Origin: Candidatus Woesearchaeota archaeon
Lineage (GTDB): Archaea; Nanobdellota; Nanobdellia; Woesearchaeales; GW2011-AR9
Assembly: GCA_041665465.1 (NCBI GenBank)
Contig: JBAYIU010000001.1
Location: 1,213,873 to 1,277,872, forward strand
Direction: 5' to 3'
Length of the DNA stretch: 64,000 nucleotides
Shown here piece by piece: positions 8,642 through 17,616 of this stretch (positions are counted from its first letter, which is position 1; every line of letters begins with the position of its first letter). The translations under genes were made by a program, and so were the position numbers. The notes under the pieces are model-generated. The model was not told the origin of the DNA, made no database searches, and saw nothing but the letters and a program-made list of their open reading frames with translations.

Positions 8642-11600
8642 TTATGGTTTAAGTGGCCAAAAAGGAGAAGTTCTTTTTCTTTTCTTATGCATTTTCCAAT
8701 ATCCAATTACCGATCCCAGAAAGATAACTATTGCTATCCCCAATAAAGTAAGGATGAGACTAAGAGAAGTGGCTTTTGAAGAAGATACTTCTTCCTGTGA
8801 CTGGTTTGATCTGGCAATGCTGATATTTTCAATTAGGGAGGAATTTGAAGTAGAAAGATTTAGGTTCAGGGTTTGATTCAACGGAATTGTGCTTGGGGTG
8901 GTGGTCCTCTTAATAAGTTCATGGATGTTCTTTAAAGTAAAACCTGCCTTAATCTGAGAAGTGTTGATGCTGTTCAAAGTAACACTTAAATCATAATATC
9001 TGTCCTCATCTAAATCAAATTTTAAAGTGTCATTAACTGAAAAGAGAGCCCGAATGGTTCGACTTTGGATAATAACATTCACTACATGACTAGTCATGCT
9101 TTCGATAGATAAGTTATGTTCCTCTTTTTCTAAAGTGAATTTAATCCGGTCTCCTTTGGCAATAACTGTTGTATATCCGGTAATTAGTTGTGATTCAGTA
9201 GCGATGTAAGTAGTAGTAGTTGTTCCTCCTCCACTTCCCCCTCCACCAGAAGAACTTCCTCCTCCAGAAGAACTGCTGGAAGAAGAGCTAGAACAAGAAT
9301 TACAAGAACCTCCACAGTCTGTTCCAGTTTCATCTCCGTTCTGAGATCCATCAGAACAAGAAGTTACACTGAAAGAGTAAGTTGAAGTATTAGTATGAGG
9401 GGTAGTAAAATTGTCAGTGATATTTAATGTAAAGTTATAATTTCCAACTGATAAACCGTTCCAAGACCAGCTACAATTCCAAGTAGTAGAGGTGGTGTTA
9501 CAAGTTGAGTTCATTAAAGTATTATTAAAGTATAAAGTTACGTTTGATATTCCGGAATAATCAGAAATATTAGCAGTAATACTTTGATTTATCTCCTGTT
9601 GTAAATGGACTGAACTGTCATAAGAGAGGGAAGCAATACTCGGAGCAGCAGTATCATTCACAATGATAGTGAGATTGGTAGAATTGAAACTATATCCATC
9701 GGTAACAAATAGGGTGATTAAATAATCTCCGGTGAGGTTGAATTGATAAGTGAAGTTCTGCGCACTGGAAACTACGGTTCCATTAACGGTCCAATTATAA
9801 ATTAAAGTGTCTTCATCTGGGTCTATAACTACGGAAATAAAATTGGTCAGGTTGCCAAGTTCTAGAATGCTCCCATTAAGGGGGGAGGTAATATTGAAAG
9901 TAGAGATATTTCTGTTCTGGACAGTAAAGTTGAAAGTGTTGCTATTATCAATGTTTCCAGCTAAATCCGCAGCGTGGAACTGATATGCAATATTTCTTTG
10001 ATTGCTTAGGTTAGTGATCCCGGTGAGAGTGAAGTTGAAGGTTATATTATTTTCATTAGTCATAGAGTAATTGGTCCAGTTGGTGGAGAAGTTGGATTCA
10101 AAATATATCTCAGAGGTGTTTAAGTTTAGTTCAGTAATGTTGATCTTAAAGATAATGGTGTCGTTGTTGTAGACAGGTTCAGACTGATTTTGGATGATAA
10201 GAATGTCCGGAGAAGTTTTGTCTAATATGAAATTAACAGAAGAATTGGCTAAATTTCCAACAGAATCATTTGTTATAACTCTGAATGTGTAATTATCATC
10301 ATTAAACGTAGAATTTGAAAGGTTGACTAAATCCACCCAAGTATAGCTGTTTAGATTAATGGAATTGTTCTGATTACTTTGGATGATGTTACCGGAAGAG
10401 TTAGTGAGGTCGTATGAGGAATAACTTAGTTTATTGTTAACATCAATAGAGGTTAGAAGAAGTGAAGAATTAATTAAGAATTGACTCTTGTAATAAGAAT
10501 TGTTAATGGGTGAGACAAAAGTAATATTTATTTGATCAATGGATTCTATTGCAGCATAAACATCAATTCTAGAAAAATTTAATCCAGATCCAGAAGTGTC
10601 ATTGATGGTTTTACCAGTGTTGTTTAAGATTTGTTTAATCTGGTTGGGAGTTAGTGTTTCGTTATGGGTTAAACGATAATATTGTTGTAGTAAGGCAATA
10701 GACCCGGCTACATGGGGAGTAGACATAGAGGTTCCTGTTTTGTATCCAACAGTATTCCCGGGAATAAGTGAAATGATATCTGATGGAGCAAGCAATGATA
10801 ATAAACTACCTCGATTATACTTGATAATATCTGAACTGCTAACTGCGCCAACAGGAGTGGCATTAGCAATACACGCCGGATCAGAAATACCATCTGTCCA
10901 GCCATCGTTTCCGGCAGCAACAGTAACCGAGATGTTCTGAGCATAAGCAGCATTAATTGCAGTAGCAACAGAACTATAATTAGTATCACAATAAGTCTGC
11001 CAATGAGTACAACTTCCCCCATCGCATCCGATACTCATAGTAATAACAGAAATGTTATACTGTGCGACTCGAGTAGAATTAGCACACCATTCAATTCCAG
11101 CCACAATATTACTGTACGAAGTACTTCCTGAACTGCCACTGAATACTTTAGCTGCTAAGAGTTTAGCATCTGGAGCTACTCCGCGATAAGTTGAATTCTC
11201 TGAAGCAATAATCCCCGCTACGTGGGTTCCATGACTGTTTGAATCAATAGGGTCCGGGTCGTTATCTGCAAGATTGTACCCGGAAAGAACTTTACTACAA
11301 TTCCCGGCCAAGAACGAAGTGTTGGTGCAATTACCTAATCCTGGATGAGTATAATCTATCCCTGTATCTACTACACATACCGTTTCTCCTGCTCCGGTGA
11401 TGTTTATCCCGTTAACTGTTAATCTCCACACTTGGCTGGCATTGATCTGAGGTACACTTTGATTTAATAATATTTTTACCGGTTGATCGTATTCTATTCT
11501 CTGTACTTGGAGGTTAGAACCTAATTTATCCAGTCCTTCTTTAGTTAAGGTTCCGCTAAAACCGTTAATAATGGAGTATTGGTGTTTTAAATCTAAATCA

Positions 11601-11839
11601 TAATCCTCAGATTGTATCCCTTGTTTCTGGTTCTTATCTCTAATCTTTAATTTACTTAACACTTCATCGCTAGAAGAAGTAATCCCTATCCCTTTAGCGG
11701 GGGTCGATTTAAGGACTACAATTACTGAAACTTTACCCTCATTAGAGATCTTTTGAGTGACTTCTGGAGAAATATCTATGGCATAAATTAAGTTAATCAC
11801 TAACAATAATGCTACTATCCACCACATCCCTCTTCTCAT
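8642..11839 (-). CDS. S8 subtilisin-like serine protease paralog, surface-anchored, with Ser/Gly/Thr linker
   Basis: VVDTGIDYTHP, HGTHVAGII, TGTSMSTPHVAG; signal peptide; poly-S/G/T linker; C-terminal TM + basic tail. Confidence 0.9.
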   Translation of the reverse strand: MRRGMWWIVALLLVINLIYAIDISPEVTQKISNEGKVSVIVVLKSTPAKGIGITSSSDEVLSKLKIRDKNQKQGIQSEDYDLDLKHQYSIINGFSGTLTKEGLDKLGSNLQVQRIEYDQPVKILLNQSVPQINASQVWRLTVNGINITGAGETVCVVDTGIDYTHPGLGNCTNTSFLAGNCSKVLSGYNLADNDPDPIDSNSHGTHVAGIIASENSTYRGVAPDAKLLAAKVFSGSSGSTSYSNIVAGIEWCANSTRVAQYNISVITMSIGCDGGSCTHWQTYCDTNYSSVATAINAAYAQNISVTVAAGNDGWTDGISDPACIANATPVGAVSSSDIIKYNRGSLLSLLAPSDIISLIPGNTVGYKTGTSMSTPHVAGSIALLQQYYRLTHNETLTPNQIKQILNNTGKTINDTSGSGLNFSRIDVYAAIESIDQINITFVSPINNSYYKSQFLINSSLLLTSIDVNNKLSYSSYDLTNSSGNIIQSNQNNSINLNSYTWVDLVNLSNSTFNDDNYTFRVITNDSVGNLANSSVNFILDKTSPDILIIQNQSEPVYNNDTIIFKINITELNLNTSEIYFESNFSTNWTNYSMTNENNITFNFTLTGITNLSNQRNIAYQFHAADLAGNIDNSNTFNFTVQNRNISTFNITSPLNGSILELGNLTNFISVVIDPDEDTLIYNWTVNGTVVSSAQNFTYQFNLTGDYLITLFVTDGYSFNSTNLTIIVNDTAAPSIASLSYDSSVHLQQEINQSITANISDYSGISNVTLYFNNTLMNSTCNTTSTTWNCSWSWNGLSVGNYNFTLNITDNFTTPHTNTSTYSFSVTSCSDGSQNGDETGTDCGGSCNSCSSSSSSSSSGGGSSSGGGGSGGGTTTTTYIATESQLITGYTTVIAKGDRIKFTLEKEEHNLSIESMTSHVVNVIIQSRTIRALFSVNDTLKFDLDEDRYYDLSVTLNSINTSQIKAGFTLKNIHELIKRTTTPSTIPLNQTLNLNLSTSNSSLIENISIARSNQSQEEVSSSKATSLSLILTLLGIAIVIFLGSVIGYWKMHKKRKRTSPFWPLKP

Positions 11840-11892
11840 TGTTGTATAATGTTACAATAATGTTTATAAATGTTTTCAGCCTAGAGAAGAAT

Positions 11893-13095
11893 ATGGGGGA
11901 AGAAAGTCATCATTTGGAACAGATCTATGTTTTAGCAGAGAGTAATCCTGCAGAATTGCTTAACCAAGTAGCTAAAATTAGAGAATTAAGACTTAAAGGA
12001 AAAGATCTTCCCGAGAAACTTCTTTCTCTTGCTCCCTACGTATATCCCCTAGAGATGTTGCAGCGAAGAGGGTTTGCAGAATTCATGCTTTTAGATGAGT
12101 ATTCTTTAAGTTATGCTACTCCTCAGAAATTTGCTCGACATCGTGCTCAGAAGATCTCTGCATATTATCCCGATTGTTCTGTAGCAGACATTAGTTGTGG
12201 TGCGGGAGGACAATTGTTAGAGTTATGTAAAGAAGGTTCAGCGATAGGGATAGAAAAGGACCAAGTAAGATATTGGCTAGCCAAGATTAATCTTGCCTTA
12301 GCTCATTATCTTAAGATTATCCATTTCAACCCAGCGATTTATAATGAAGATGCTCTTAATTCATTAAAGGTTCTCCCCCTCTTGAATGAAATTAAAGTCA
12401 TTTTGTGTGATTCATGGCGTGATGCAGGAACATACTCTCCCGATTTACACGAATTGTACCAACTATATTCCGATAAATATCTTGTTTATGAATTTAAACC
12501 GTTAGAGCAAGTTGGGAAAATATTTCAGAAATATCCTTTTCTCTTCGGGAAATGTGTGTTAGAATATTACGGTGAAGAAGATCGTTGCAGCAGGCTTACT
12601 GCTTATCATGGTCGAGGGAAAGCAGTAGAATTTCTTCAAGAAGAAGGAATGAACTGGAACTTAAGCATGTCTCATGAACGAGCAGAAGGGGCAGTCGATC
12701 AAGCTAAAGAGAAGTTGATTCAAGGATTTCCTACTCATGATTTCTTTGTGTTAAACAAAGGGATAGTAGAAAAAGGATTTTCTTCACTACTTAACTTTCC
12801 GGTCTTTCAGGTAGACCGAAAACGTTTTTTGGTAGAATTAGGTTCAGCTTCTTCTATTAAAGTGGTTAAGTTCTTCTCTCCGATTGTTTCTTCAGCTGAT
12901 ATTGTTGAGATCTCCACTTATTTACAAGAGAATTATGATGATTATCATGTTACTTTGCGTTTAGAAATACCTTCTGAAGAGTATTGGGGTTTTGTTCAGG
13001 ATAATCATCTGTTAACTAATAAAGAAAGTCCCAATCGGTTTAGTTTATTCAGGTATAAGGACGTGTTTCATTTAGTAGAAGAAAAGAAAGTATAA
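11893..13095 (+). CDS. class I SAM-dependent methyltransferase-like protein
   Basis: Motif I VADISCGAGGQLLEL; start moved to ATG 11893 (MGEESHH) because track start 11809 overlaps the protease start. Confidence 0.55.
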   Translation: MGEESHHLEQIYVLAESNPAELLNQVAKIRELRLKGKDLPEKLLSLAPYVYPLEMLQRRGFAEFMLLDEYSLSYATPQKFARHRAQKISAYYPDCSVADISCGAGGQLLELCKEGSAIGIEKDQVRYWLAKINLALAHYLKIIHFNPAIYNEDALNSLKVLPLLNEIKVILCDSWRDAGTYSPDLHELYQLYSDKYLVYEFKPLEQVGKIFQKYPFLFGKCVLEYYGEEDRCSRLTAYHGRGKAVEFLQEEGMNWNLSMSHERAEGAVDQAKEKLIQGFPTHDFFVLNKGIVEKGFSSLLNFPVFQVDRKRFLVELGSASSIKVVKFFSPIVSSADIVEISTYLQENYDDYHVTLRLEIPSEEYWGFVQDNHLLTNKESPNRFSLFRYKDVFHLVEEKKV

Positions 13096-13101
13096 AATCT
13101 A

Positions 13102-13401
13102 TTACTTATTTAATACGCTGGCATAATCCATAGCCCACCCTTCGGCATCTGTTCTAATTGCATATTCTCCTTCTTTGTCGATGGTTTTGGTGTTAGGATT
13201 AAAGACATAGGCATGATAAGGATGTTGAGCTCCTTCAACTATCAACAATCCGGGTTTCCAAGCTTTACCAGTAAAGTCTCTTTTGCATGATCTCCAGTCT
13301 ACTTTCCGTCCGGTCATTGCACTAAGCGCTGTTGCTTCTAATTTTAGTTTTTCTTCCGTCCGGTTATCTACAACTTCGATTAAATCAGTTAGCTCTACCA
13401 T
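13102..13401 (-). CDS. hypothetical protein
   Basis: 99-aa ORF, host-like composition, no motif. Confidence 0.45.
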   Translation of the reverse strand: MVELTDLIEVVDNRTEEKLKLEATALSAMTGRKVDWRSCKRDFTGKAWKPGLLIVEGAQHPYHAYVFNPNTKTIDKEGEYAIRTDAEGWAMDYASVLNK

Positions 13402-13440
13402 AATTACTTTTCAGAAGGGGGTATTTATAAATCTTATTTC

Positions 13441-13851
13441 TCATTTCTTACTTTTAGATAATCGTCTAATCCCTGAAGTTACAAATAATACTATCATCGT
13501 ACTATCAATCATTAAACAAGTTGAACAGGCTTCTTTTAAGACAAATATTTGTACTAGGATAAGATAAGCAGAAGCTGCTGCTCCAATTATTGTTCCTAAG
13601 AAAAATACTTCTGAATTGATGAAGTAAGTTACTAATAAACCGATGAACGCGAATAGAGCTAAGTAAGGAAGTTTTATCCCAAACAATGTTCCGTAACTGC
13701 TGCCTTGGACATCAGAACACCTAGTGGGTTGTCCCAACAGACAGGGGGTAGAGGAATTAAGGTTTTGGTATACTAATACTCCAGATAGAATCACTTCTAG
13801 CAAGACTAGAACTAAAATGGTCCAATCCCAAAAATTTAATCTCTTAATCAT
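13441..13851 (-). CDS. VKOR-like (vitamin K epoxide reductase family) membrane protein
   Basis: Four hydrophobic segments, loop Cys pair PCLLGQPTRC, CSTC (CxxC) at start of last TM; start taken at internal MIKRLNFWDW. Confidence 0.5.
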   Translation of the reverse strand: MIKRLNFWDWTILVLVLLEVILSGVLVYQNLNSSTPCLLGQPTRCSDVQGSSYGTLFGIKLPYLALFAFIGLLVTYFINSEVFFLGTIIGAAASAYLILVQIFVLKEACSTCLMIDSTMIVLFVTSGIRRLSKSKK

Positions 13852-14236
13852 GATGTTCGTGCTTTTCTGCTTCCTCAGCTTCTTCCTTGTTCTTGTGGAC
13901 GGTTCCATCAGGATGATTTGGCGGGGAATAAATAGTATAAAGTTTTACCTGTTTGGTGTTAGAGTTGTTAATTACATTATGATAAGTTCCTGCCGGAACA
14001 ATTACTGCGTCTCCCTCTTTAGCCAGATGAGTTTCTTTTCCGTTAAAAATAAACTTTGCTTCTCCTTCTTCTATCCGGAAGAATTGGTCTACTTTCTGGT
14101 GGACTTCATTTCCGATCTCTTCTTCCGGTTGTAAACACATCACTACCAATTGGGCATGTTTTCCGGTGTATAACACTTGCCGGAAGAAATTATTGTTCAA
14201 AGTTGATTTTTCTATCGCTCCTACGTATCCAGTCAT
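13844..14236 (-). CDS. cupin-domain protein
   Basis: GNEVHQKVDQFFRIEEG and GDAVIVPAGTYHNV cupin motifs 1 and 2; His-rich tail. Confidence 0.75.
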   Translation of the reverse strand: MTGYVGAIEKSTLNNNFFRQVLYTGKHAQLVVMCLQPEEEIGNEVHQKVDQFFRIEEGEAKFIFNGKETHLAKEGDAVIVPAGTYHNVINNSNTKQVKLYTIYSPPNHPDGTVHKNKEEAEEAEKHEHHD

Positions 14237-14328
14237 ATTCGCATCCTCTTTCTATTATATATTATAATTACTAGAAAACAGATTAAGAACTTTATAAAGA
14301 TATTCCTCGCTGTCAAAGATGGTTCTGT

Positions 14329-15585
14329 TTAACTGGGAGGAACTAATCTTTCTCCTAAACCATTAAAATAAGTTGCTCTTGCTGAACTTACCATCTCGTC
14401 ATACTGTGCCTTAAGTCCGGGCATTCCCTTGTGCCATGTACCTAAAGCTTGTTCAGTGAGTAGCAAGTCATTACCTAATCGCTTGGCAAATTTATGCAAT
14501 TCAGTATCTTTCGCTCCGGTTCTAATCGCTTGATCTACTAGATGTGCATCTCTTAATACGAAAGTCATATTATAGGTAGTAGGGTCTTCTGCAGTTAAAG
14601 TGTAATGTTTCTGTAATTGTTCTTGCACCGCTAGTTTGAGTGGTTCAATCTCTCCGTCTCCTTTTGGGAAGTATCCATGAATCTGAACCATAAATTTCAT
14701 TACTGCATCGTATCCTTGATCAGTCTTAGTGATTTCTATCGGGCTACCTCTCATCAAATAAATCGGACGAGATTCACCTTCGTTTGATCCAAAATTTCTA
14801 GTTGTGGCCTGTTCTAATTCTAGAGCTAAGGCTCCTTCTAGTGCTCCTGGACGATAAAATGATTTTAATGCCGTTGGTCCTTCTTCTAATCGAGTGTCTG
14901 GCAACATTTGTACAAAGAAGGGATAAGCAGCATCTTTTCTGGAACGCATATTCTCGCCATCTTTGTATTTCTTTGCGGCGAGATTGCCCCATTCTATAGC
15001 CAGTTGTGCTCCGATATGATCGGCACAGCTAACCGCCATCGCTCTAAACTTCTGCCACTGATAAGCTGCTTCAAAACCGGCTAAGGCTTCTCTTCTGATA
15101 CTGGTCTGAATGGGAATTACTCTTTGTCCTTCACGAACATTATCTTTGTTGATCCATTCGTTTCCGAGATGAACATTTTCAGGAAAGGTTCCGGTTTTAA
15201 CCCAGCCTCGTTCTCCATTCTCAACTCTAACCTGAATATAATTTGCGGTATCGAAAATTCTTGGTGCACTATTAAAAGTGGTCATCTCTGGTAATCGATG
15301 TTCATGTAGAAGAGCATTATCAAGATCTTTAATCTTCACTTTCTGAGGAAAACGTAAATCCCAGGTAACATGATCCACGGATGGTTTTAAATGAAAATCA
15401 TGTTGTTCTGAACTGCCTTCAACTACCATTCTTTCAAATCTGGAAGGGACAGCATCTTCTGCAAAAGATTGGCGAGCGATCCAGGCATCGTATCTTTGAT
15501 TGATCGCTTCAACTTGTTCTAAACCGAAGTCGACGTAACTTTGTGTTGGAGGAAATTGTGATAGTTTATTTTCGTAAGGTATCAT
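14329..15585 (-). CDS. hypothetical protein (418 aa)
   Basis: Long uninterrupted ORF, relatively GC-rich coding; no motif recognised. Confidence 0.6.
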   Translation of the reverse strand: MIPYENKLSQFPPTQSYVDFGLEQVEAINQRYDAWIARQSFAEDAVPSRFERMVVEGSSEQHDFHLKPSVDHVTWDLRFPQKVKIKDLDNALLHEHRLPEMTTFNSAPRIFDTANYIQVRVENGERGWVKTGTFPENVHLGNEWINKDNVREGQRVIPIQTSIRREALAGFEAAYQWQKFRAMAVSCADHIGAQLAIEWGNLAAKKYKDGENMRSRKDAAYPFFVQMLPDTRLEEGPTALKSFYRPGALEGALALELEQATTRNFGSNEGESRPIYLMRGSPIEITKTDQGYDAVMKFMVQIHGYFPKGDGEIEPLKLAVQEQLQKHYTLTAEDPTTYNMTFVLRDAHLVDQAIRTGAKDTELHKFAKRLGNDLLLTEQALGTWHKGMPGLKAQYDEMVSSARATYFNGLGERLVPPS

Positions 15586-15668
15586 AAACGTTCAAGGGGT
15601 TAAATCGATTTATATACTTAATTGTGCTGTAGTAGTTATTTTCAAATAAAAGGTAAAATTGCCAGAGA

Positions 15669-15920
15669 TTAAGCGCCTAAGAATTTTAATAGGTAGAATA
15701 CTAAAAACGCTGGCCAGATCAATGCTTTCAATATTCCCAATACTCCTGTCCAGAAGGTGGTGGCAGTGGAAATATAATAAACTAACGCTCCAATGAAACC
15801 TAATCCATAAATAGCACTGCCGGTGTGACAATAAGGTGTTTTATCTTTAACTTTGTTTTTAACCTTCTTCTTTATCATCTTAAGAAGAGGGATTATAGTT
15901 TGGTTTAAAAAACTTTTCAA
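15669..15920 (-). CDS. small membrane protein
   Basis: 83 aa, two hydrophobic helices after Lys-rich N-terminus. Confidence 0.45.
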   Translation of the reverse strand: MKSFLNQTIIPLLKMIKKKVKNKVKDKTPYCHTGSAIYGLGFIGALVYYISTATTFWTGVLGILKALIWPAFLVFYLLKFLGA

Positions 15921-15936
15921 CTACTCTAGAATAATA

Positions 15937-16389
15937 TTATTTGTGGTGAGTGTTAGAAGCTAATTTTAATAACCGTTGATATTGCCAATCTCTTTCTTTG
16001 GTTTCAGATTTGTTAGCTCTATAAATGGCCTGTTGTGCATAAACTGCTGAACCATAAGCATGTCTAGCAACGTGTGCTGTGGCTACTGCTTGACCGGCAG
16101 CTCTGGCAGCAGATCTCGCAGGGGTGTCTTCTCCTACTTCTCTCGCCGCGGCATGAGCATCAAGTGAAGCCTTGCGGATAACTTTCATACTGAAGATTCC
16201 CGTACGTATCCATTCTTGAAGCGTTTCTAACGCTTTTCTTGGTCGGTTATCTTTTGGATAGTTTTTTTCAAAGTAAGGTAGTACTCGCTTGGCACAGTCA
16301 ATAGCCCAAACAGCTAAGATCTTCTTATCTGTTTTTTCGACTAGTTCTCGTAGTGGTTCATCCTTGTGGGCAATGGAGAACTTTTTCAT
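15937..16389 (-). CDS. all-helical protein, Imm5-like (putative immunity-type) family
   Basis: WAIDCAKRVLPYFE and Ala-rich helices AARAAGQAVATAHVARHA; family assignment from memory only. Confidence 0.4.
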   Translation of the reverse strand: MKKFSIAHKDEPLRELVEKTDKKILAVWAIDCAKRVLPYFEKNYPKDNRPRKALETLQEWIRTGIFSMKVIRKASLDAHAAAREVGEDTPARSAARAAGQAVATAHVARHAYGSAVYAQQAIYRANKSETKERDWQYQRLLKLASNTHHK

Positions 16390-16482
16390 TTATTTTAGGA
16401 AGAGATTTAGATTTATAATCTTATTGATGAGGAATAGTAAATCTGCTCGGAGAAAAGTTGATTACAACATTTGAGAATAGAC

Positions 16483-17145
16483 TCATTTTAATTCAATCGA
16501 TTGAAGGTTCAATCCTTTTAACCGGGGAATTTCAATAAGTTTTTCTAATAGTATTGCTCTATCTTCTTTCGAATCGGGAGTTATTCTTTTAACTAATGGC
16601 ACAATAACTTCTTGGTAATATTTTCTTAATTCTTTTTCATGAGGGATTGCTTCAAAGAATTCCCATTCACAATTGGTCCATCGATATATCCCCGCATAAA
16701 CATGGGTTTGATCGTAAACAGTCTGAACGAATCTCTCCGGGTATGTTCCTCGTGGATAATTCAGTATTTCCCATCTCATGGAAGTACTTCCGTAGAAAGA
16801 ACACCAATGGTCATCCATAACCACTTTATCCCTGGTTAAGAGATAATGAGGTTGGTGAAAGTAAGCAATCCCTTCAATGTTTTTCTCTCCAATTTTTTCT
16901 TCATGTTGTAATTGATAGGTGTTCTCTCCTGGTTTTTTACTGAGATTTTTCCAATAAGCAGAATTAACCATACCAAAACAATTCATAGTAACTCCACTCA
17001 AATAACCCGATGCTTTTCTTCCGTGATCTAAATCCATGGAAAAAACTTGTTCTTTATTTTGAGATTTTACCGTAGTAGTACAATGTATAGAAACTGCCTG
17101 TTCTAAAGCTACGGATGGGTCCCAAGTTATGGTGGTAGTGATCAT
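16483..17145 (-). CDS. hypothetical protein (220 aa)
   Basis: ORF only. Confidence 0.5.
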   Translation of the reverse strand: MITTTITWDPSVALEQAVSIHCTTTVKSQNKEQVFSMDLDHGRKASGYLSGVTMNCFGMVNSAYWKNLSKKPGENTYQLQHEEKIGEKNIEGIAYFHQPHYLLTRDKVVMDDHWCSFYGSTSMRWEILNYPRGTYPERFVQTVYDQTHVYAGIYRWTNCEWEFFEAIPHEKELRKYYQEVIVPLVKRITPDSKEDRAILLEKLIEIPRLKGLNLQSIELK

Positions 17146-17215
17146 ATTTTAAGTGATGAATTATTAGTTGAGTTTATTTATAAAATGTATTCTAATAAAC
17201 CATTATTTTTGTTCC

Positions 17216-17229
17216 ATAAAGAAAAGTAA
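17216..17229. repeat. degenerate copy of tRNA-Gln(CUG) 3' end (outermost att-like remnant)
   Basis: taatcccgcgcgcg matches tagccccgcgcgga at 10 of 14 positions. Confidence 0.35.
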
Positions 17230-17405
17230 TCCCGCGCGCGCAATCGTCAATCGTGGCATATCTCAGAGTCCATCTTTTAACTACAAGATAAGAGAACGTA
17301 TTAACTCTTTCTGATCAAATCAACTCAGAATGGGCAGCAACGTCAAGAGTGCGGTTAAGTATTTGATATAAATGGTTCACTTTTTCGTAGAAGTAACGGA
17401 AAAGC

Positions 17406-17413
17406 TTATAAAT
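17406..17413 (+). promoter_or_regulatory. TATA-like box upstream of candidate precursor peptide
   Basis: ttataaat 25-32 nt upstream of ATG 17438. Confidence 0.4.
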
Positions 17414-17437
17414 TTCAATAAGTAGCAAGTAGTTACA

Positions 17438-17602
17438 ATGGGTTTAGAAGATCAATTTGAGGTAAAGACGCTTAGAATTGAGAGTGAGTTAGAACCTAAA
17501 GATGTTTTAAGAACCCCTGAAAGAGAAGTAAAACCGTTGTATCGCCAGCTTCAGGATGAAAAAACAACTAAATATGACACTTGGTGTCAACACTCTGATT
17601 AA
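17438..17602 (+). CDS. candidate RiPP precursor peptide (54 aa)
   Basis: MGLEDQFEVKTLRIESELEPKDVLRTPEREVKPLYRQLQDEKTTKYDTWCQHSD; acidic leader-like N-part, K-Y-D-T-W-C-Q-H core-like tail; ends 15 nt before rSAM/SPASM gene; not in ORF track. Confidence 0.45.
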   Translation: MGLEDQFEVKTLRIESELEPKDVLRTPEREVKPLYRQLQDEKTTKYDTWCQHSD

Positions 17603-17616
17603 AGAAGTTCTTTAAA

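Noticed and set aside
9225-9300. Low-complexity tcc/tcc/acc-rich DNA that could look like a tandem repeat or CRISPR-like array
   Set aside because: It is the antisense of an in-frame Ser/Gly/Thr linker (SSSSSSSSSGGGSSSGGGGSGGGTTTTT) inside the protease gene. There is no unit-spacer structure.
5079-11022. Short ORFs nested inside or antisense to the protease genes (5079-5309, 5501-5725, 10708-11022, 10740-10940)
   Set aside because: They lie wholly within long motif-supported genes, have biased low-complexity translations and no independent signals. The same reasoning applies to other nested track ORFs (for example 1950-2141, 3317-3535, 3854-4063, 14798-14999, 16639-16839, 17705-17917, 18514-18790, 20422-20694, 21627-21809, 23493-23744, 24227-24682, 26933-27175, 32903-33091, 33285-33473, 35417-35635, 36186-36430, 36952-37197, 39623-40060, 41008-41208, 44064-44264, 44410-44619, 44757-45107, 46827-47024, 47575-47835, 48746-51748 set, 53603-53839, 54173-54379, 55214-55786, 56283-57175, 57832-58020, 58700-58903, 60306-60518, 61191-61376, 61549-61773).
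11809-11892. Upstream extension of the methyltransferase ORF (track start 11809)
   Set aside because: It overlaps the start of the convergent-divergent protease gene and encodes low-complexity hydrophobic residues. ATG 11893 (MGEESHH) is the more plausible start.
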